Of a DNA stretch of 64,000 nucleotides, positions 8,653 to 19,455 are shown one piece after another. The DNA comes from an uncultured delta proteobacterium. GTDB taxonomy: Bacteria > Myxococcota_A > Polyangia > Haliangiales > Haliangiaceae. Numbering within the stretch: position 1 is the stretch's first letter; every line of letters begins with the position of its first letter. Position numbers and translations under genes: made by a program. The stretch is from contig CAVUQH010000003.1 of NCBI GenBank assembly GCA_963743525.1, positions 768,001 to 832,000 of the forward strand, read 5' to 3'. The notes beneath the pieces are model-generated. The model made no database searches. It had not been told where the DNA came from and saw only the letters and a program-made list of their open reading frames with translations.

Positions 8653-11600
8653 TCACTGCGACAGCAGCTCGCGGACCATGGTCACCCGCTCGCGGTCGTT
8701 GTCGGAGATCGGCGTCACCTCGGCGGCCAGGTAGCGGTCGAACAGTGCATTGGCCTCGTCCATGGCGCCGGCCAGGGCGGCGCGGACGGCCCAGACGTCG
8801 AATGCTTCGTGCTCGCGCGACTCCGGCGCTGCCAGCTGCCAGCTGCGCTCGACGTCGGCGACGGCGCCTTCGGTGTCTCCGGCCAGGAGTCGGGCCTGGG
8901 CGCGGACGCCGAATGACCACGGGCACAGGTGCCCGAGCGCGACGCCGGCCTCGGCGCGGCCGAGGGCGGTCTCCAGATCGCCGCGGCCGAGGGCGATGCG
9001 CGCGAGCTGTTCCTGCCACGCGTGCCAGCCCTCGTCGACCTGACCGACCTGCTCCCAGGTGGCGCTGGCACCCGCGAGGTCGCCGGCCAGCTCCTGGTTG
9101 CGCGCCAGCACGGCCAGCGCCTGGCCGGCACCGGGATCGAGACGCAGCGCCCGCGCCGCCAGGTCGCCGGCCAGCTCCATCTGATCGGCGTGGTAGGCGG
9201 TGTACGCCAGGGTCGCCAGGCTGTCGGCGTCGGTCGCCTGTGCCAGACCGAAGCGCATCGCGCGCTGGTTCTGCCCCAGCCGGGCCATGCACTCGAAGCG
9301 TTCCTCTTCCCAGGTGTCGAGGCGGCCGTCGTCGTCGCGCTCGTGGCTGGCGCGCGACACCGCCTCGGCCAGCTCCAGCGCCTTGCTCCAGTCCCATCGG
9401 CGGCGCGCCACCAGGTAGTCGAGCATCAGTGCGCCGACGGAGCGCTGGTCGGGCTGGCCGTACTCTTGCTGGAACGCCTCGATCACCTTCGCGGCGCCGT
9501 CGTAGTCACCGACGCCGAGGTGGGCCTCGACCCGCATCTTGTCGTTCTGGTAGTTGCGGCCTGTCGGCTCGAGCACCGCCAGCGCCTGTTCGAACCGGCC
9601 GCGCTCGACCAGCGACTCGGCCAGCACGCGGCGGGCATACTCGTGCTCGGGCTCGCGCTCGAGCACCCCGAACAGCAGCAGCTCGCCGTTGGCCTCGCCC
9701 TCGAGCGACTGATACAGCAGCTCGGAGCCGCGGTGGGCCAGGGCGTAGGTGTCCTCGGGATCGAGCGCGATGATCCGCTCGAGCACGGCCTCCGCGGCGG
9801 CCGGCGCCCAGCAGACTTCGAGCATGGTGTGGGCGTGGGCGCGCAAGACGTCGAGGTCGCCCTGCCGGCGATCGGTCAGCTCGTGGAAGAAGTCGTCGGC
9901 GTAGCGGCCGCCGTTGGCGTCAACCATCAGCTCGCCGACCCGGCGCAGCTCGACCTCGGGGAGGTTGCCGTAGAGCGCCGCCGAGCGCAGGTGGCGCACG
10001 CCGTCCTGCAGGTGTCCGGCTTGCACCAGGGCGTCGCCCAACTCGAGCTCGCGATAGGCGTTGCCGCTGGACACGCCCAGGGCGGCGGCGAACGCTTGAA
10101 TCGCCTCGCGCATGCGCCCCTGGCGCCGGTACAGGTGACCCATCTCCTTGTACACCCAGACGTAGGTCGGGCGGCGGGCGAGGGCCAGGTCGAAGCCGGC
10201 CAGGGCGTCGTCGATCTTTCCCTGCTTGCCCAGCGCCGCGCCGCGGATGGCGTGGGCCGAGGCGTTGTCGGGATCGCCGGCCAGGATCGCGTCGCACACC
10301 TCGACCGTCTCGTCGGCGCGGCCCAGCTCGTACAGCAGATCGGCCAGATCGATCTTGTGGCCGACGTGATCGGGACGGCGCTCGACCAGACCGCGGCGCA
10401 CGGCGACGGCGTCGTCGCTGCGGTCCATGCGGTGGAGCAGCTTGGCTTCGAGGTCGCGCACCCAGTCGCGTTCGGGATCGAGCTCGATGGCGTGGCGGAA
10501 GGCGGCCAGGGCGTCGTCGTTGCGACCGTCGGCTTCGAGCAGCTGTCCGTGCACCGCGTGGTTGAACGGGTTGTCGGCGTGCAGCTCGCGGGCGGCGTCG
10601 TTGAGCGCCCGGGCCATCACCGTGCGGCCGCGCCGGCGAGCCAGGTCGGCCAGGTTCTCGTTGGGCCGCACGTACGACGGGTCGCGGGCCAGCGCCTGGA
10701 TGAGCGCGTCGTAGGCGGCGTCGGTGTTGCCCATCTCCAGGTGGCAGTCGGCGATCATCGACCAGTTGTACGGATCGCCGGGGTCGCGGTCGCGGGCGCG
10801 TTCGAACGCGACCAGCGCCTCGCTGATCCGGTCGTCGAAGAACAGCGCGCGGCCGAGCAGCTGCTGCGGCCACTCGTCGTCGGGCCAGATCGAGGTGATC
10901 TCTCCGAGCACGCGGTGGATCTCGACGCGGTTGTCCGGGGTCGGATCCTCGCCCGCCCGCTCGCGCGCGCGGCGGAAGCGGTACATCCACGCGTATTCGT
11001 ACTCGCGCTCGATGGCCTGCGACTGGTCAACGAGGGCGTCGCCGTCCTCGGGGCGGCCGTCGTCGAGCGCCGCCCACGCCTCGTCGACCAGGGCGATGTA
11101 CTGACACTCGCCACTCGACGCTTCGTCCAGCGTGCGCACCAGCTCGGGCTGGTCCGACGGCGCCGCGATCAGCGCGCCGTGGTTGGACAGGTTGCGGATC
11201 TCGGCCAGGTCTTCGTAGAAGGTCTCGCGCACCCGGTGAGTCATCGGATCCTGCACCTCGAGCAGCTCGAGCGCGTCGTTGTAGCCGATGGCCACCGCGA
11301 CGTGGCTGGACGACGAGTAGCTCTCCTCCATGATCACCGGGATGCCGGCGTCGATCAGGCGGCGCAGCGTGGGCAGGTCGGCCTCGATGCGGCGCGTGGT
11401 GAAGCCGGCCTGGTCGAGATAGCGGCGCATCTTGTACACCGGCGTGCCGCCGTCGGGGCTCTTGATCGCGCGGGCGATCTCGACCTGCGAGTCGGTGAGG
11501 CCGAAGTAGCGCAGGTACAGCTCGCACGATGCCGGGCCGCAGTGATCGCGCAGCTGGGTGACCGAGGGGAACGCCTTGAGCCGGCGGCGCGCGCGATGCT

Positions 11601-12532
11601 CGACCTCTGGGTGGCCGAGCAGCCGGGCCATGCGCTGGGCCAGGCGCAGGTGATAGGTGCCTTCCGGCGCCTGCGCCAGGATCGCCTCGCACGCCTCGCG
11701 GGCGTCGTCAACGTGGCCGCCGCGATAGAGAGCGTGGGCGCGCTCGTAGGCGTCGCGCCAGATGCTGTCGGCATGCGGACTGGCCTCGCGCAGCTCGGCG
11801 TAGGCGGCGGCCACCTCGTCCCAGCGCTGCTCGGCGTCGAGGATCATCAGGCGGATGCGCCGCGGCCACAGGTCGCCGGCGGCCAGCGGCGCCAGCGCGT
11901 CGAGGCGGGCATGAGCCGCGTCGAAACTGGCCCATGACGTATTCGAGGTAGGCCAGGCCGAGGGTGCCGTAGTAGCGATCCTCCTCGCCGCCTTCGAGCA
12001 GCGTCTCGTAGACCTTGCGCGCTGCCGGCCGGTCGTCGAAGTCGATCAGGATCGCGCCGTGGTAGTAGCCCAGCTCGCCGGCACTCTCGAGCAGTCCCCT
12101 GGCCCGCTCGATCTCGCGCTCGGACAGGGCGCGGCAGCTCTTGCGGGCGAAGCAGCGCGCGGCTTCGAGGTGAGCCTCGCCGGCGGTGCCGCGAGCCAGG
12201 TCGCCCTGGCGGGCGGCGAACTCGGCAGCTTCGATCGCCGCCTCGAGGGCATCGTCGAGCCACTGCGACGAGCGGCGCAGGATGCGCGACTTGAACACCA
12301 GCGACCGGGCCTGGGCGCCGTCGCCGCCGCGCTCGAGCAGATTGCGGGTGACGTCGTAGGCGTCGCGGTAGCGCTCGAGCCCGATCAGCGCATCGACGCG
12401 CAGGAGGTCGAGTGCCGGCGTGGGGCCCGCGAGCTCGACCGCCTGGTGGATGGCGTCGAGCGCCTGGGTGTGTTGCCGCGCGCGGTTGAGCGCCGCCGCG
12501 CGGTCGGAAAGGTCGGCGATCGGATTGTCCAT
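8653..12532 (-). CDS. Large TPR protein with internal C39-like cysteine peptidase domain (one apparent +1 frameshift at about 11925)
   Basis: Removing one A of AAA at 11924-11926 joins ORFs 11708..12574 and 8653..11847 (...YVMGQFDAAHARLD...); Q-x4-C (TQLRDHCGPAS), SHVAVAIGY, VQDP; many TPR-like repeats. Confidence 0.8.
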
Positions 12533-12602
12533 GCGTCCCCCCGGTTCGGTACGAGAGGTTGACGGTAATCGCAAACCGGGGCTATTTGAAGCGACTCCCG
12601 GC

Positions 12603-15600
12603 CTAGAAGGTGAGCCGCGCGCCGAGGCGGGCCGTGAGGGGAGCGTAGCGGACCGTGGGGTTGCCGAAGTTGCGGTAGCGACTGATGGGCATGGTGGTCT
12701 CGGCGCCGCTGTCGGTCTCCTTCTTGGCGAAGATCAGGTCCGAGACGTCGCCGCCGACCACCGGGTTGGCCGAGTCCAGGGTGTAGGTCTGCGACACCTG
12801 GAAGGTGCCCTGGTGGTCCAGCAGGTTGAAGATGTCGGCGAACAGCTCCAGGCTCATGCCGTGGACCAGACGGCGGCCGTAGCCGACGCGGACGTCGAGG
12901 CCGTAGTCGAAGTCGGTGCGACCCATGGCGCCGCGCGGCAGCAGGAACGACTCGTTGTAGCCGTACAGGTAGTGGCGCCCGAGCGCCGAGATCGGCGTGC
13001 CCGACAGCGCCCGCGCGCGACCGGACACGGTCAGCGCATCGTTCTTGCTCAGGTCGAAGGTGTAGTAGCCGTCGAGCTTGATGTAGTGCGGGCGGTCGAC
13101 CGGCAGCGGGCCGTCGCGGTTGGCCATCAGCTCGATCAGATCGAACTGCGAGCTGATGTTGGGATCGAGCTGGCCGTTGTCGGTGGAGACCAGGCCGGGG
13201 TAGTTGCCGGTGGTGCGCGAGTAGGTGTAGCTGGCCTGGACGAACGCCTTGCGCGAGAAGCGGCGCGTGAGGGTCAGCTGGATGGCGCGGTAGTCGCGGC
13301 GCGGATGGTCGAAGTTGGCGATGCGGCGGAACTGGTCGAGCTGGCCCTGGAGGCGCGCCTTCTCGTCCGGATCGCTGGTGTGGTCGATGCGGTCCTGTAG
13401 CTTGCGGTCTTCGGCACCCGGCCACTCGCCGGGGTTGGCCAGGATGTAGGTGTCGGCGTTGTCCACCGACACGTCCTCGAGCACGCGGCCCAGGCTGCGG
13501 CTCTGGTACGAGGCGCCGATCTCGAGGTCGTCGGCCAGCTCGTAGTTGACGCCGAACAGGTATTCGTCCATGTACTGCGCGCCGACGCCGGGGGCGACCA
13601 GCACGCCGCTGCCGAACAGGTTCCGTCCCAGCTGCGGGTCGCCCGAGCAGCCGGCGCCCGACGGCAGGTCGAGCGGCCCCGGGGTGCACTGGCTGCCGTC
13701 GTAGATCTGCCGGTACTGGGTCTCGCCGCCGAACGAGCGGTTGTTGATGTCCATCGGGATCGCCTCGTAGAAGCGGCCCCAGTGGGCGTAGGCGCGCGAC
13801 TTGCCCTCCCTGGTCCAGTCGTAGGCGACGCCCAGGCGCGGCGACCACATGTTGGTCAGCGCCATGGCGTTCTTGCCCCGCGGCGTGCCGGTGAACGGAT
13901 CGACGGTGTGTTGCAGCTCGCCGGCGTAGCGCAGCCGCTGCTCTTCGTAGCGGAGCCCGGCGTTGACGGTGAAGTTGGGCCGCGGCTGCCACGAGTCGCG
14001 CAGGTAGCCGGCCCAGCTGACCGTGTTGCCGACCACCCGCTGGCGGTCGAGGTAGCGGCAGGCGCGCAGCTCGACGTTGACGGTGCCGTTGCCGCACAGC
14101 TCGGGATAGCCGTCGGTGACGCCGGGCGGCGCCAGCTCGACCCAGCGGCTGTCGTAGATCGCCTGGCCGTCCTGGTTGTCGTAGGAGACTCCGCCGCTGA
14201 GAGCGCGCAGGTGATCCAGGCGGGTCTGCTCGGCGTTGACGCCGGCCTTCAGCTCGTGCGAGCCGCCGGTGGCGCGCAGCCGGCGCGTGGCGTCGGCGCG
14301 GATGGAGTAGCGCTCGGCGACGTCGTCGGTCAGCGCGCCGGGACCGCCCAGGGTGTAGCCGGCGCCGCTGTCGGGGCAGTTGGCGATGAACGGATACGGG
14401 TCACCGGCGCCGTCGGAGCAGCCGCTGGCGACCGCCGACGACTCGTAGCCCATGTCGGCGATGCGGTCGAGGCCGACGCCGGTGTAGGTCTCGCGCGGTA
14501 GCGCGTCGGCCAGTGGATCGATCGATCCGGCGTGCTGGCTCGAGCGGTGCCAGCCGACCACGGCTGACAGCTCGGTGGCGTTGTTCTGCAGCTTCGACGT
14601 CCACTTGCCCGCCAGATCGGTGGTCAGCTGGCGCAGGTCCAGGCGCGTCGCCCCCGGCGTGCCCAGGACGCCGACGCTGGTGCCGGACGCCGGGCTGGCG
14701 TTGAGCGACAGCTGCCCCTGGTGCTCGCCGCGCGGCGCCCAGTTGAGCTTGGCCAGCAGCGGGTACTCGTTGGTCACCGCGTGCAGCTTCTGCCGCTCGA
14801 CCTCCTCGAAGATGCGGAAGCCGGTGTTGGGGTCGGTGTCGGGGACGCCGTCGCCGTACTGCGCCGGGTCGCAGCCGGTCATGCTGCCGTCGGGGTTGGT
14901 CGCGCGGCAGTCGGTCTGCCGCTTGATGACCCGGTCGATGTCGGTGCGCCCCAGCCGCGGGGCGAAGCCGACGTAGTACCAGAGGTGGTCCTTGATGATC
15001 GGCCCGCCGACCTCGGCGCCGAAGTCGGCCTGATAGGCCAGGTTGCTCTCGGCGTCGATCGAGCTCGACTCCGACGGCGTGCGATCGCGGCGGGCGACGA
15101 GGAAGCCCGGGGTCACGCGGGAGAAGACCGAGCCGCGCAGCTCGTTGGTGCCGGTGCGGGTAACCACGTTGATCACCGCGCCCGTGGCCCGACCGTACTC
15201 GGCGTTGTAGCCGCCGGTGACGACGTCGATCTCTTCGACGAAGTCGGTGGTCGGCCCGCCGCCGAGAGTGCCGTAGACGACGCCGGTGGTGTCGATGCCG
15301 TCGATGTTGATGCGGCTCTCGGGCGAGCTCGAGCCGCTGAAGCTGATGCCGGCGCCGTCGTCGGCGGTGCCGGGGACCACGCCCAGCGCGCTGCCGACGT
15401 CGATGCCGGGGATGACGCCCTTGTCGAGCATTTCGCGGCCGATGCGCGTGTGAATCTTGCTGCCCGCGGAGTCGACGATCGGCGGCTTGCCGCTGAACTC
15501 GTAGGTGGTGCCGCTCTTGGACAGGTCGATCTTCACGGCCAGGGTGGTGGTGCTGTTGAGGCGCACCGAAACCCCGCGGTAGCGGACGGTGATGCCGGCG

Positions 15601-15860
15601 TAGTGGAACAGGACCTGGTACGTGCCCGGCGCCAGATCGGTCAGCTTGAAGTCGCCTCGCTCGTCGGTCATCACCGTGACGTCGCGACCCAGTCCATTGA
15701 TCGCGACCAGCACGCCGGGCAGCGCGTCGCCGCCATCGGCGTCGCGGGCAACGCCGGCGATGGCGCCGGTAGTGGCGTTCTGAGCGGCAGCGAGCGGGCA
15801 CACGAGTGCCACAGCCGCCGCCGCCGCGGTCGCCGCGGCGAGGTGACGTAGAACCGACAT
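12603..15860 (-). CDS. TonB-dependent outer membrane transporter, Oar-like
   Basis: Signal peptide, carboxypeptidase-regulatory-like N-domain, plug motif VVTGGYNAEYGRATGAVINVVT, C-terminal ARLGARLTF; GGAGG RBS. Confidence 0.92.
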   Translation of the reverse strand: MSVLRHLAAATAAAAAVALVCPLAAAQNATTGAIAGVARDADGGDALPGVLVAINGLGRDVTVMTDERGDFKLTDLAPGTYQVLFHYAGITVRYRGVSVRLNSTTTLAVKIDLSKSGTTYEFSGKPPIVDSAGSKIHTRIGREMLDKGVIPGIDVGSALGVVPGTADDGAGISFSGSSSPESRINIDGIDTTGVVYGTLGGGPTTDFVEEIDVVTGGYNAEYGRATGAVINVVTRTGTNELRGSVFSRVTPGFLVARRDRTPSESSSIDAESNLAYQADFGAEVGGPIIKDHLWYYVGFAPRLGRTDIDRVIKRQTDCRATNPDGSMTGCDPAQYGDGVPDTDPNTGFRIFEEVERQKLHAVTNEYPLLAKLNWAPRGEHQGQLSLNASPASGTSVGVLGTPGATRLDLRQLTTDLAGKWTSKLQNNATELSAVVGWHRSSQHAGSIDPLADALPRETYTGVGLDRIADMGYESSAVASGCSDGAGDPYPFIANCPDSGAGYTLGGPGALTDDVAERYSIRADATRRLRATGGSHELKAGVNAEQTRLDHLRALSGGVSYDNQDGQAIYDSRWVELAPPGVTDGYPELCGNGTVNVELRACRYLDRQRVVGNTVSWAGYLRDSWQPRPNFTVNAGLRYEEQRLRYAGELQHTVDPFTGTPRGKNAMALTNMWSPRLGVAYDWTREGKSRAYAHWGRFYEAIPMDINNRSFGGETQYRQIYDGSQCTPGPLDLPSGAGCSGDPQLGRNLFGSGVLVAPGVGAQYMDEYLFGVNYELADDLEIGASYQSRSLGRVLEDVSVDNADTYILANPGEWPGAEDRKLQDRIDHTSDPDEKARLQGQLDQFRRIANFDHPRRDYRAIQLTLTRRFSRKAFVQASYTYSRTTGNYPGLVSTDNGQLDPNISSQFDLIELMANRDGPLPVDRPHYIKLDGYYTFDLSKNDALTVSGRARALSGTPISALGRHYLYGYNESFLLPRGAMGRTDFDYGLDVRVGYGRRLVHGMSLELFADIFNLLDHQGTFQVSQTYTLDSANPVVGGDVSDLIFAKKETDSGAETTMPISRYRNFGNPTVRYAPLTARLGARLTF

Positions 15861-15906
15861 GGATAGCCTCCGTTCGAACCGATAGCGCCCGAGGCCGGCG
15901 AAAGGT

Positions 15907-17286
15907 TCATTCGCAGGTGATTCTCATCCGGGGATCGGACGGTGCCGACCAGCGCCAGAAGAGGTCGCGGCGGAACGGCGTGCCGTCACCGTGGCGAAAG
16001 ATGACGCGTCCGCCGTCGCGCTCGACCGAGAGCTGTCCACCGTGGATCCGCCGGTGGTGCGTCGAGCAGAGCAGCACCAGGTTGCCCGGCGCATGACCGC
16101 CACCGCGGGCGCGAGCGCGGATGTGGTGGACGTCGAGCCAGCTGGCGTTGCCGCAGCCCGGCACCGCGCAGCGGTGGTGAAACGCGCGGACCACCGCGCG
16201 CCGCACCGACGGTGGAATCGACTGCGTCGCGCGGCCCTCGAGGGACGCCGGGATATCGGTGTGGTCACACTCGATCGCCGCGACCGTCGCCGAATCCAGC
16301 TGCACGCTGCGACCATCGGCCTCGGCAAACACGCGCGCGCAGTCGTCGCAGCGACTGACCGCGACCTGGTAGCCCGGCCGGCCGCTGTCCCGGTCCCGCT
16401 CGTCGCCTGCATCCACCTCCCCGTTTCCGTCCCCGTTTCCGTCCCCGTTTCCGTCCCCGTTTCCGTCCCCGTTTCCGTCCCCGTTTCCGTCCCCGTTTCC
16501 GTCCCCGTTTCCGTCCCCGTTTCCGTCCCCGTTTCCGTCCCCGTTTCCGTCCCCGTTTCCGTCCCCGTTTCCGTCCCCGTTTCCATCCCCGTTTCCATCC
16601 CCGTTTCCGTCCCCGTTTCCGTCCCCGTTTCCGTCCCCGTTTCCGTCCCCGTCCCGCTCGTCACCCGAACCCACGCACCCCGCGAGAAAGCCCCGCGCGA
16701 TCATCCCCAGCGCCACGTCGTCGTCGACCGGCCCGCCCCCCTCGCCATCGCCCAACCCATCGATCGACCCATCGATCAACTGCCGCGCCACCCGGATCGC
16801 CTCCCGCACCATCGCGTACGTCTCCGGCGACACCTCGAACGCCAGCGTCCGCGGAAGCTCGCTGCGATCCGCGATCGTCCCCGGCCGATCACCCCGCGCC
16901 AGCCCCGCGACCATCTCGGCCACCTCCCGCGCACTCTGCCCGCGCGCCGCGACCAGCCAGTCGTCCTCGGTGTCGCCCGTCGCCACCCGCGACAGCTCGC
17001 GCACGTGCGTCCACGCGATCTCGCCGTCGGCCAGCGCCTCCGCCATCGACGGCAGCTCCGCCAACGCCAGCGCTACACGGATCCGCTCGCGCGCCGTCTT
17101 GCGACCATACCCGAGCACGCCTTCCAAATACGCCGCATAGCTGGCAAAGCCATACGCCTCCCAGATCCGCACCGCATGCCCGGCGCGAAGGTAGTGCGCC
17201 TCGGCCGCATCGAGCTCCGCACGATCGCGCCCCAGTGCGCGAAGCTGCCGGTGAATGTCGCCGATCTCCAACGTCGCCTCGCCCAT
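15907..17286 (-). CDS. DUF222-like / HNH endonuclease with internal (GNGD)n repeat
   Basis: C-terminal CAVPGC...LDVHHI...GGH...NLVLLCSTHHRRIH HNH motif; N-terminal ALADGEIAWTHVREL typical of DUF222-type proteins. Confidence 0.85.
   Translation of the reverse strand: MGEATLEIGDIHRQLRALGRDRAELDAAEAHYLRAGHAVRIWEAYGFASYAAYLEGVLGYGRKTARERIRVALALAELPSMAEALADGEIAWTHVRELSRVATGDTEDDWLVAARGQSAREVAEMVAGLARGDRPGTIADRSELPRTLAFEVSPETYAMVREAIRVARQLIDGSIDGLGDGEGGGPVDDDVALGMIARGFLAGCVGSGDERDGDGNGDGNGDGNGDGNGDGNGDGNGDGNGDGNGDGNGDGNGDGNGDGNGDGNGDGNGDGNGDGNGDGNGDGNGDGNGEVDAGDERDRDSGRPGYQVAVSRCDDCARVFAEADGRSVQLDSATVAAIECDHTDIPASLEGRATQSIPPSVRRAVVRAFHHRCAVPGCGNASWLDVHHIRARARGGGHAPGNLVLLCSTHHRRIHGGQLSVERDGGRVIFRHGDGTPFRRDLFWRWSAPSDPRMRITCE
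16419..16646. repeat. 12-bp tandem repeat CCCCGTTTCCGT x19 (two copies with a G>A variant)
   Basis: Read directly; encodes Gly-Asn-Gly-Asp in frame on the minus strand; flanked by direct repeat GTCCCGCTCGTC (16393-16404, 16651-16662). Confidence 0.97.
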
Positions 17287-17556
17287 ACACCGTCGTAGCA
17301 CGCGTTTTTCACCCGCTCGGATCACCCACGCAGCGCGCCGCCACGCCGAGAAACCACCCCGCCGACACAAAAACCGACCCGCGCCACGCACCAACCGCAC
17401 ACATCGCAACCGAGCCCCGCTGACGATCGATCGCGACCGCGTTGACCGTCAGCGCCGAAACCCGGTCAAGGCGCGATCGAAAAAGGTGAAAGAAAAATTG
17501 AACGACACGTTCCGCCGAGAAGGATTTCCACGCCGCACGTGGCGTGTGCTTCGACA

Positions 17557-17585
17557 GCGGTGAGCGCGGCAAGCGCGCTCACCGC
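17557..17585. other. Perfect 12-bp hairpin
   Basis: GCGGTGAGCGCG-GCAAG-CGCGCTCACCGC. Confidence 0.8.
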
Positions 17586-17616
17586 GACCGGGACCAGGTG
17601 CACCGATTCACATGAC

Positions 17617-17946
<330 letters not shown>

Positions 17947-18051
17947 GCCGAGCCGCGCCGCCGCCGCCGCCGCCCACCGCCGCCCGCGGCACCCGCGCCG
18001 CCGCCCACCCACCGACCACGCACACCACGCATCCCCGCCGCCCGGCCCTCC

Positions 18052-18101
18052 GGCCGCTCGGGGTGGGGTCTCGCCCCAACCGGACCCCACCCCGAGCGGC
18101 C
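18052..18101. repeat. REP-like perfect palindrome (19-bp stem, 12-nt loop)
   Basis: GGCCGCTCGGGGTGGGGTC (18052-18070) is the exact reverse complement of 18083-18101. Confidence 0.85.
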
Positions 18102-18169
18102 CACGGGCGCCCTCTCTCCACCCTCCGTTGCAAAACAGCGACCCCAATCAACCGTGGTAAGACTCGACC

Positions 18170-19453
18170 GTGATCCTGGTGTCCAAGACCTACTGGGCCG
18201 GCGCGCCATGGAGCTTCCGCGCCAAGCCTCCGGACGCCGCCGTCGAATCGGTCGAGCTCCGCGCCGACGACTTCCGCCGCTTCCGCGGCCTCTACTGGAC
18301 GCCGCAGCACACCCCCCGCCCGCGCGTCGCCGTCGTCTGCATGCACCCCCGCGTCAACTTCACCCATCACTACTCCATCCCGCGCCTCGTCGCCGCCGGC
18401 ATCGGCGTCCTCGCCGCCAACAGCCGCAACCCCAACAACGACGTCGCCACCATCCACGAAGAGATCCTCCTCGACCTCGCCGCCTGCGTGAAGTGGCTCA
18501 AGAGCTACCGCGGCGCCGAGCAGGTCGTCCTCCTCGGCAACTCCGGCGGCGGCTCCCTCGCGGCCCTGTTCCAGTCACAGGCAGTCCGCCCACCGGCCGA
18601 GCGGATCAAACAGACCCCCGGCGGCCACCCGACCCGCCTCGCCGCCGCCGACCTCATCCCGGCCGACGGCCTGATCTACATCTCGGCCCACCGCGGCCAG
18701 GGCAAGATCATGAACGAGTGCATCGACCCGGCTGTCATCGACGAGGCCGATCCGCTGCAGTCGGACCCCACCCTCGACATGTACGACCCCGCGAACGGCT
18801 TCGTCCCCGCGCCTGCCTGGTCGCACTACGACGCCGCCTTCGTCTCCCGCTACCGCGCCGCGCAGCTCGCGCGCGTGCGCCGCCTCGACGAACGCGCCCG
18901 CGAGCTGATCGCGCGCAAGGACGAAGCCGCCGCCCGCCGCGGCGCCGCCGACTTCGCCCAGCTTCCCGCCGACGAGCAGCGCCGCATTGCCCGCACCGAG
19001 TGCTTCGAGCCGATCATGGTCGTCTACCGGACCATGGCCAACCTGCACTACGCCGACGACCACCTCGACCCGTCGCCCCGCGACTACGGCTCCCTCGTCT
19101 CCGAGCGCCCCGACCTGATGAACTACCAGATGCTCGGCTTCGGCCGCATGTGCACCCCCGAGGCGTGGCTGTCCACCTGGTCGGGGCTGTCGTCCAACGC
19201 CGACCTGGTCACCAACGTCGCGTCCATCCCCCAGCCGACGCTGGTGGTCAACGCCGGCCGCGACAAGGAGATCTATCCGCGCACCGACGCACAGCCGATC
19301 TTCGAAGCGGTCGCCGCCGCCGACAAGACCTTCCACGAGCTGCCCGACGCGCGGCACTACTTCGAGCCCGACTTCGGCGCCCGCGAGGCGCCCGACGTCG
19401 AGGCGCTGATGGACCTCGTCGTCCCCTGGATCCGCCAGCGCTTCGGAGCCTGA
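18170..19453 (+). CDS. Alpha/beta hydrolase
   Basis: LLGNSGGGSL nucleophile elbow; PTLVVNAGRDKEI; ELPDARHYF. Confidence 0.85.
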   Translation: MILVSKTYWAGAPWSFRAKPPDAAVESVELRADDFRRFRGLYWTPQHTPRPRVAVVCMHPRVNFTHHYSIPRLVAAGIGVLAANSRNPNNDVATIHEEILLDLAACVKWLKSYRGAEQVVLLGNSGGGSLAALFQSQAVRPPAERIKQTPGGHPTRLAAADLIPADGLIYISAHRGQGKIMNECIDPAVIDEADPLQSDPTLDMYDPANGFVPAPAWSHYDAAFVSRYRAAQLARVRRLDERARELIARKDEAAARRGAADFAQLPADEQRRIARTECFEPIMVVYRTMANLHYADDHLDPSPRDYGSLVSERPDLMNYQMLGFGRMCTPEAWLSTWSGLSSNADLVTNVASIPQPTLVVNAGRDKEIYPRTDAQPIFEAVAAADKTFHELPDARHYFEPDFGAREAPDVEALMDLVVPWIRQRFGA

Positions 19454-19455
19454 GC

